A stretch of 64,000 nucleotides of DNA from Clostridiales bacterium. GTDB lineage: Bacteria > Bacillota > Clostridia > Oscillospirales > JAAYOS01. The DNA lies in the NCBI GenBank assembly GCA_012520195.1, contig JAAYOS010000013.1, positions 35,436 to 99,435 of the forward strand, written 5' to 3'. This document shows, one piece after another, positions 58,991 through 64,000 of this stretch (position 1 is the first letter of the stretch; the number at the start of each line of letters is the position of its first letter). The notes under the pieces were generated by a model. The model searched no databases. It had not been told where the DNA came from and saw only the letters and a program-made list of their open reading frames with translations. The position numbers were made by a program, and so were the translations under genes.

Positions 58991-60199
58991 TCAATTGTGC
59001 GAGCGGCGCCGTCCCTTTTCGATGGAAAAAATGAGGTATATAAGAAGAATGACGGCTGCGGCAAGCATAAATTTCGCACCCAGTTCGATTCCTATACCTC
59101 CTCCGAACAGATAGGCGTGGTAGCCGCTCCAAGATCCAAGCTGTACTAATATCGGTACGGGTATAAGCCAAGGACTTGCAAATGAAGATATGACTGAAAG
59201 GATATCTGAGAGATAGAAGTAGCGTTCGTGCATAGAGGGCAGAAGAAAAGGGATCAACTGAACCATTAATGCTGCAGATATTGTGATTGTTCTAATATCT
59301 AGCCTTTTTCGTCTTAACAGCAAGTAAAGAAGCAGCGAAAGAAGTGTTAAAAACGCTATAATAATACCAATTGCAGTGAATAATGATCTGTCGGAGACAG
59401 AACCCAGAAGCGCATATATTGAGGGGGCGTTGAGGGTAAGGAAGCTACTATAAGAGCCTACCTGATTTGTGTAGATCAGTATGGCATCAATGACTGGTCT
59501 TCCCATGATGGCAGCAGGTAGAAATACTAGAAAATACACGACTGGGAAAGCAAATAAGTGCCTGATCTTAATTCGGTCGGTAAAAAGAAGTACTGCAAAT
59601 ATAGGTAGTAGAAATATGACCTGAAGCTTAAATGAGAAGGCTAATGCCGCCAATGAGACTGATAGGATAGGTTTTTTCTTAAGGCCGTAATACAGTGCAA
59701 GCAGGCCAAGAGATGTGTATATTGAGTCACATTGTCCCCACATAGAGGAGTTAACGGTTACAGTTGGAAGAAGCAGAACCAAAATAAATGCTGCAACACC
59801 GAAGTCGTTTCGGTTAGTAAGTAGCGTTACCAGCTTCATAGCCGTGTACGCTAATAGGATGTCGAATATAACTGAGAGTAACTTAATCAGGTATAGACCA
59901 CTAACAGGGATGTATGAGAAAAGAGCCATAAAATAGAGATAGGGAACATTGTAGTCTCCGATTCTTTTACCTAATGCAGAAAAGCCACCGTTATCGCGAA
60001 AATACTGCAGCCAGTGAGACAAAAAAGCGTTATAGTCGTTAGATTTGAAGTCAATAAACTGGTATCTGATAAGGAGTGCGGCCACTATTCCTAACGATGC
60101 TAGGAACATAACCTGTGGCTGCTTTAGCGGGCTGTTTCCACCTGATGTTCTGTTGTGGGTAACACGATTGCCTTTTCCCCTATAACCGCGTCGGCTCAT
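58991..60199 (-). CDS. polytopic membrane protein, GT-C-type glycosyltransferase-like
   Basis: About 12 predicted TM segments, with a conserved-looking first loop (DYNAFLSHWLQYFRDNGGFSALGKRIGDYNVPYLY). Start ATG 60199 behind GGAGG. The family call is tentative. Confidence 0.55.
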   Translation of the reverse strand: MSRRGYRGKGNRVTHNRTSGGNSPLKQPQVMFLASLGIVAALLIRYQFIDFKSNDYNAFLSHWLQYFRDNGGFSALGKRIGDYNVPYLYFMALFSYIPVSGLYLIKLLSVIFDILLAYTAMKLVTLLTNRNDFGVAAFILVLLLPTVTVNSSMWGQCDSIYTSLGLLALYYGLKKKPILSVSLAALAFSFKLQVIFLLPIFAVLLFTDRIKIRHLFAFPVVYFLVFLPAAIMGRPVIDAILIYTNQVGSYSSFLTLNAPSIYALLGSVSDRSLFTAIGIIIAFLTLLSLLLYLLLRRKRLDIRTITISAALMVQLIPFLLPSMHERYFYLSDILSVISSFASPWLIPVPILVQLGSWSGYHAYLFGGGIGIELGAKFMLAAAVILLIYLIFSIEKGRRRSHN

Positions 60200-60389
60200 A
60201 ATTTTGGACCTCCAATGTACATGCACATCCGTAAGCTCTTTGGGGCGAGCAGACAAGTTGATGCCGTAATCGTTCAAAGGATTATTAACCCTATACAGAT
60301 GATTATATACGAATGCAGCCTGTCCCGCAAATCATTATGTGTTAGTGTAGGGGTGAATTTGCTAAAAAGCCATTTTCTTTAAAAAGTGC

Positions 60390-60418
60390 TTGAAAACATG
60401 GCAGACTTATGGTAGACT
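60390..60418 (+). promoter_or_regulatory. sigma-A type promoter for rplS
   Basis: TTGAAA (60390-60395), a 17-nt spacer ending TGG (extended -10), then TAGACT (60413-60418). Leaves a ~75-nt leader. Confidence 0.55.
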
Positions 60419-60497
60419 ACCCTAGTGACATTAAGGCAGTCCTCTGTCGCTTTGTTTCTTGCGGCATGAATGTCTGTAAAGAAGGGAGGATGTTGAT

Positions 60498-60839
60498 ATG
60501 GACCTCATCCAAGCTGTAACGCAGCCATATATAAAAAAAGAGCTTCCGTCCTTCAGTATCGGGGATACCGTGCAAGTTCATGTAAGAGTAAAGGAAGGCA
60601 GCAGGGAAAGAATACAGATTTTTGAAGGCACCGTGATTGCTAGAAAGCATGGTGGAATTCAGGAAACTATAACCGTGCGCCGTATTTCCTATGGCATCGG
60701 AGTAGAGAAAGTGTTTCCTCTGCACTCCCCGACAATTGCCGACATAAAAGTCGTAAGACGGGGTAAGGTAAGAAGAGCAAAGCTTTACTACCTGAGAGAC
60801 AGAGTCGGAAAGAAAGCAAAAGTCAAAGAAAGAATCTGA
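60498..60839 (+). CDS. rplS: 50S ribosomal protein L19
   Basis: 113 aa. [35 protein letters not shown] ... RRAKLYYLR. Confidence 0.97.
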   Translation: MDLIQAVTQPYIKKELPSFSIGDTVQVHVRVKEGSRERIQIFEGTVIARKHGGIQETITVRRISYGIGVEKVFPLHSPTIADIKVVRRGKVRRAKLYYLRDRVGKKAKVKERI

Positions 60840-60843
60840 GTTC

Positions 60844-60872
60844 AAAAAAGGGGGGCTTGTCCCTCCCTTTTT
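60844..60872 (+). terminator. rho-independent terminator after rplS
   Basis: AAAAAAGGGGGG-CTTGT-CCCTCCCTTTTT. Confidence 0.75.
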
Positions 60873-61004
60873 CCTTATGAGAAGGGGTTGAGACACACGC
60901 CGCCCACTGTCACTACCTGTCATAGTATAGACTCTGATGTTGTTTAATGGTATAATTGGTAAGCAGAAAAACTGTGTCAAACTACCAGGAAGGAACATAT
61001 CGGC

Positions 61005-61589
61005 ATGAGTGAGAATTCAAACGGTATCATCCAACAATCAGATGGAGCTGAGAAAGAGACGAAACGTGGAATTGCTGTAGAGCTTTATGAATGGGCACAA
61101 GCGCTAGTATACTCCGTTGTTTTCGTGGTGGTATTATTTACTTTCTTTGTGCGGATAATAGGTGTTGACGGAACATCAATGATCCCCACACTCCAACATA
61201 ACGACAAAATAGTTGTTACTAACATGTTCTACGAGCCAAGTCAGGGCGACATAATAGTGCTCCGCAAGGAGAGTTTCCTTGAGGAACCCATTGTAAAGAG
61301 AGTTATTGCGACCGAAGGTCAGACAGTAGACATTGACTTCATCTCGCACAATGTATACGTGGACGGCATTAGACTTGACGAACCCTATATAAATGCTCCA
61401 ACCACCAGGGAGGGGGATGTCAGCTTTCCGGTTACCGTCCCTGAAGGCTTTGTTTTTGTTCTTGGCGACAACAGAAACAACAGTGCCGACAGTCGGATAT
61501 CAAGGTTGGGTATGGTTGATGAACGCTATATTCTCGGCCGTGTTGTCTTCCGGGTCTATCCGATGAATAAGATTGGAAAAGTTGAGTGA
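61005..61589 (+). CDS. lepB: signal peptidase I
   Basis: TM anchor, GTSMIPTL (catalytic Ser), KRVIATEGQ (catalytic Lys box), GDNRNNSADSR. Confidence 0.93.
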   Translation: MSENSNGIIQQSDGAEKETKRGIAVELYEWAQALVYSVVFVVVLFTFFVRIIGVDGTSMIPTLQHNDKIVVTNMFYEPSQGDIIVLRKESFLEEPIVKRVIATEGQTVDIDFISHNVYVDGIRLDEPYINAPTTREGDVSFPVTVPEGFVFVLGDNRNNSADSRISRLGMVDERYILGRVVFRVYPMNKIGKVE

Positions 61590-61652
61590 GAAGCTATCAT
61601 CAACTAGATTTTACCAACAACATAGTGATATGTTTGTACTGGTAGAGAGTAC

Positions 61653-61700
61653 AAAGTAAAGAGTTATATCAATAAGAAAGTAAAGAATTATGTCAATAAG
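61653..61700. repeat. 24-bp tandem duplication AAAGTAAAGAGTTATATCAATAAG x2 (2 mismatches) upstream of rbgA
   Basis: Copies at 61653-61676 and 61677-61700, 30 nt before GTG 61731. Preceded by the hairpin TTGTACT-GGTAGAG-AGTACAA (61634-61654). Confidence 0.9.
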
Positions 61701-61730
61701 ATAGAACTTGTTTTTGAAAGGGAATGATCT

Positions 61731-62570
61731 GTGAATATTCAGTGGTATCCCGGTCATATGGCTAAGACCAAAAGAATGATTGCTGAGTCGCAAAGGCTCT
61801 GCGATGTTGTTTGTGAGGTTATCGATGCTAGAATACCAGTCTCAAGCCGAAACCCGGACATATCAGAACTAACTAGTGGAAAGCCGCGAGTTATTATCCT
61901 AAACCGAGCAGACCAGGCCGATCCTGACCAGAATGCGCTCTGGTCAAAAAAGCTTGCTGAAGAGTGCTGTTGTGTAATCGAGACCGACAGCAAATCGGGC
62001 AAGGGCGTACAACGATTTGCAGGAGCTGTTCGGCAGGCTGCCAAAGAGAAGATCCAGCGCGCGGCCAAAAGCGGTAGGAAGGTTACTGTTCGTGCGATGA
62101 TCCTTGGTGTACCAAATGTCGGAAAATCTTCGTTAATTAACCGCATAGTGGGAAGAAACAGAGCGAAAACAGAGGATAGACCAGGAGTAACTAGGGGAAA
62201 GCAGTGGTTTTCGGTAGGTAGAGATCTTGAACTTCTTGATACCCCGGGAATTCTTTGGCCTAAAATAGATGACCCAAACACTGGTATGATGCTCGCATAC
62301 ACAGGCGCAATTCGTGATGTCATACTAGACACCGAAGAACTCGCCGCCAACCTAATAAAGTTCTTGGCGGAGGAGTATCCCGATGCTATTACTGCAAGGT
62401 ATAAGATTGAGCCTGTTGGTTCGAAATATGAGCTCATCTCTGCAGCAGCAATTAAGAGAGGGTGTATAATTTCGGGAGGAGAACCCGATTTAGATAGGAT
62501 CTCCGCTATTATTCTCGACGAATACCGAAGTGGAAAGCTGGGCAGATTTACACTGGAAAAGTGTCAGTAG
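61731..62570 (+). CDS. rbgA: ribosome biogenesis GTPase A (YlqF/RbgA)
   Basis: MNIQWYPGHMAKT start. Circularly permuted GTPase motifs (NRADQ, GVPNVGKSS, DTPG). GTG start. Confidence 0.93.
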   Translation: MNIQWYPGHMAKTKRMIAESQRLCDVVCEVIDARIPVSSRNPDISELTSGKPRVIILNRADQADPDQNALWSKKLAEECCCVIETDSKSGKGVQRFAGAVRQAAKEKIQRAAKSGRKVTVRAMILGVPNVGKSSLINRIVGRNRAKTEDRPGVTRGKQWFSVGRDLELLDTPGILWPKIDDPNTGMMLAYTGAIRDVILDTEELAANLIKFLAEEYPDAITARYKIEPVGSKYELISAAAIKRGCIISGGEPDLDRISAIILDEYRSGKLGRFTLEKCQ

Positions 62571-62624
62571 CAGTGCGTGCTTCAGTAGCGGAATATTCAA
62601 ATACATAATAGGATACAGATAAAG

Positions 62625-63674
62625 ATGGATTTGTACGAATATGAGAAGCGATTGGCCGAGAACAACGGTTTTTTATGCGTCTGCGGGGCAGACGAGGCAG
62701 GAAGAGGTCCGTTGGCAGGTCCCGTTTACGCTGCAGCTGTGTCATTGGGAGATGTGAAAATCGAGGGTCTGAACGATTCAAAAAAGCTCACTCCGTTGAG
62801 GAGGGAAAAACTCTACTCAGAGATACTATCGAAGGTCGAGTATACTGTTGCATCTGCGAGCGTAGGCGAAATCGATAAATACAATGTCCTTGAAGCTTCC
62901 CAATTAGCTATGCGTCGTGCTGTGGATGCACTTAGTTCCAAGTCTCATATAGATGCAGTGTTTGTTGACGGAAACATCGCCAGGGGGTTTACAATACCTG
63001 CTGTATGTGTCGTTAATGGAGATGCACTGTGCGCCTCGATTGCAGCAGCCTCAATAATCGCTAAGGTGACCCGGGACCGTGAGATGGTCAGACTAGACGA
63101 AATTTATCCGGGTTATGGCTTTGCAAAGCACAAAGGTTATCCGACGAAGCAACACTACGAGGCTTTAGGGAAGTTGGGGCCTTCGCCGGTTCACAGAGTT
63201 TCTTTTCTTAGGAAATTCTACGAGAGGCAGGGCAAGCAGGGGTCGCAGCATACTCTGAGTTCAATGCAAGAAATAGAGGGTAACAAAAAGTTGTATCTTA
63301 GCTCATCAAGAGCTCGAGGCAAACTCGGAGAAGGTGTTGCAGTCAGACATCTTGAGGATAGAGGGTATAAGCTGGTTGAGCGAAACTTCTGTTCACATGT
63401 TGGTGAGATAGACCTTATTCTGCAGAAGGACGAGTATGTAGTTTTCACCGAAGTAAAGCTCCGAAAGGATCGCTCTTTTGCAGAGGCTGCGGAAAGCGTT
63501 GACTCTAGGAAAATACATAAAATTCGAAGGACCGCAGAATACTGGCTAATGACCCACAAGACAGCTCTTCAACCCAGATTCGATGTTGTCGAGATATATG
63601 ACGGCGGTGGCTTGAATGAGGCAACCGAGGACTCATCGGGCTGCGAAATAAACCATATTATCAACGCATTCTGA
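62625..63674 (+). CDS. rnhB: fusion protein: ribonuclease HII (N-terminal) plus YraN/UPF0102 endonuclease-like domain (C-terminal)
   Basis: aa 1-197 carry RNase HII motifs (GADEAGRGPLAGPV, DSKKL, GYGFAKHKGY). aa ~229-325 carry the YraN pattern (RGKLGEGVAVRHLEDRGYKLVERNF..VGEIDLI ... FTEVK ... RFDVVEI). One frame, no stop between them. Confidence 0.85.
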   Translation: MDLYEYEKRLAENNGFLCVCGADEAGRGPLAGPVYAAAVSLGDVKIEGLNDSKKLTPLRREKLYSEILSKVEYTVASASVGEIDKYNVLEASQLAMRRAVDALSSKSHIDAVFVDGNIARGFTIPAVCVVNGDALCASIAAASIIAKVTRDREMVRLDEIYPGYGFAKHKGYPTKQHYEALGKLGPSPVHRVSFLRKFYERQGKQGSQHTLSSMQEIEGNKKLYLSSSRARGKLGEGVAVRHLEDRGYKLVERNFCSHVGEIDLILQKDEYVVFTEVKLRKDRSFAEAAESVDSRKIHKIRRTAEYWLMTHKTALQPRFDVVEIYDGGGLNEATEDSSGCEINHIINAF

Positions 63675-63687
63675 CACGGAGGTTTTT

Positions 63688-64000
63688 ATGAGGTATGTCA
63701 GTACAAGAAGTAAATCATCGCAGGTAAGGGCTCATGAAGCAATCCTTCAGGGACTTGCACCCGATGGGGGACTCTATGTGCCCGATTCCTTTCCAACTCT
63801 AGGATTGGATACTATTGGCTCGCTTTGCGATGCTACTTATGAAGAGCGTGCGACACATATTTTGTCGCTCTACTTTGATGAGTATACCAGTGAAGAGATC
63901 AAAAGCTTTACCCTAGCCGCGTACGGAGAAAAAAGCTTCCCCCGCGACGACACAACAAAGAGCCAGGGAGCTACCCGTCAAGCTCCTGTAGTGAAGGTTG
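63688..64000 (+). CDS. thrC: threonine synthase (3' end outside window)
   Basis: MRYVSTRSKSSQVRAHEAILQGLAPDGGLYVPDSFP is a typical ThrC N-terminus. Open to the window end, with a GGAGG RBS 7 nt upstream. Not in the track because no stop is reached. Confidence 0.85.
   Translation, partial: MRYVSTRSKSSQVRAHEAILQGLAPDGGLYVPDSFPTLGLDTIGSLCDATYEERATHILSLYFDEYTSEEIKSFTLAAYGEKSFPRDDTTKSQGATRQAPVVKV

Noticed and set aside
60417-60998. 193-aa minus-strand ORF
   Set aside because: It lies antisense to the unmistakable rplS gene and runs across its terminator and promoter-containing gaps. No RBS or motif.
61754-62437. 227-aa minus-strand ORF
   Set aside because: Antisense to rbgA, whose GTPase motifs are clear on the plus strand.

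Overview
This 64-kb window reads as a dense, mostly housekeeping chromosomal region of a motile Firmicute. The gene content looks Clostridia-like (type III glutamine synthetase, single-chain PurL, EF-G paralogue, spore-type GH18-like protein), but that taxonomic guess is inference only. I call 54 protein-coding genes, two of them partial at the window edges.

Gene order:
- 1-4.1 kb: flagellar rod genes, cheC, cheD, fapA.
- 4.2-5.5 kb: a convergent EAL-HDOD gene.
- 5.5-6.1 kb: a 600-bp repeat-dense non-coding block.
- 6.1-12.2 kb: a LysR-type regulator divergent from a CofE-like gene plus purL.
- 12.3-16 kb: a NatAB-like ABC exporter with two permeases.
- 16-21.9 kb: glnN (GS type III) divergent from an EF-G paralogue, then an orphan MsmK-type ATPase.
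- 22.2-27.5 kb: a PucR/CdaR regulator coupled to ftsE, ftsX, an M23 peptidase and an S41 protease.
- 27.7-51.7 kb: a long plus-strand run of core genes (greA, lysS, trmH-family, dprA, topA, trmFO, plsX, acpP, rnc, radical SAM, smc, ftsY, rdgB, yhbY, nadD-yqeK, LCP, rsfS, leuS, rpsU).
- 51.8-64 kb: a GH18-like gene, yqeG, an endonuclease-IV-like gene, an M24 peptidase, efp, an aconitase-family hydratase and a GT-C-like membrane protein (both minus strand), then rplS, lepB, rbgA, rnhB-yraN and the start of thrC.

I saw no rRNA, tRNA, CRISPR array, transposase, integrase, or recognisable defence or toxin-antitoxin genes. Several near-consensus sigma-A promoters and rho-independent terminators can be read directly.

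I did not find a clear-cut novel multi-gene system. The most unusual observations are:
- the orphan repeat-dense block at 5539-6139;
- two Rosetta-stone fusions of genes that are normally adjacent but separate (NadD-YqeK, RNase HII-YraN);
- a catalytically degenerate-looking EAL-HDOD protein beside the motility cluster;
- the LysR / CofE-like / PurL unit;
- a PucR-type regulator translationally coupled to ftsEX-M23-S41;
- a ~34-aa insertion in the ABC ATPase;
- several short tandem repeats in regulatory gaps.

All family assignments come from motif recognition by eye. No database search was run.
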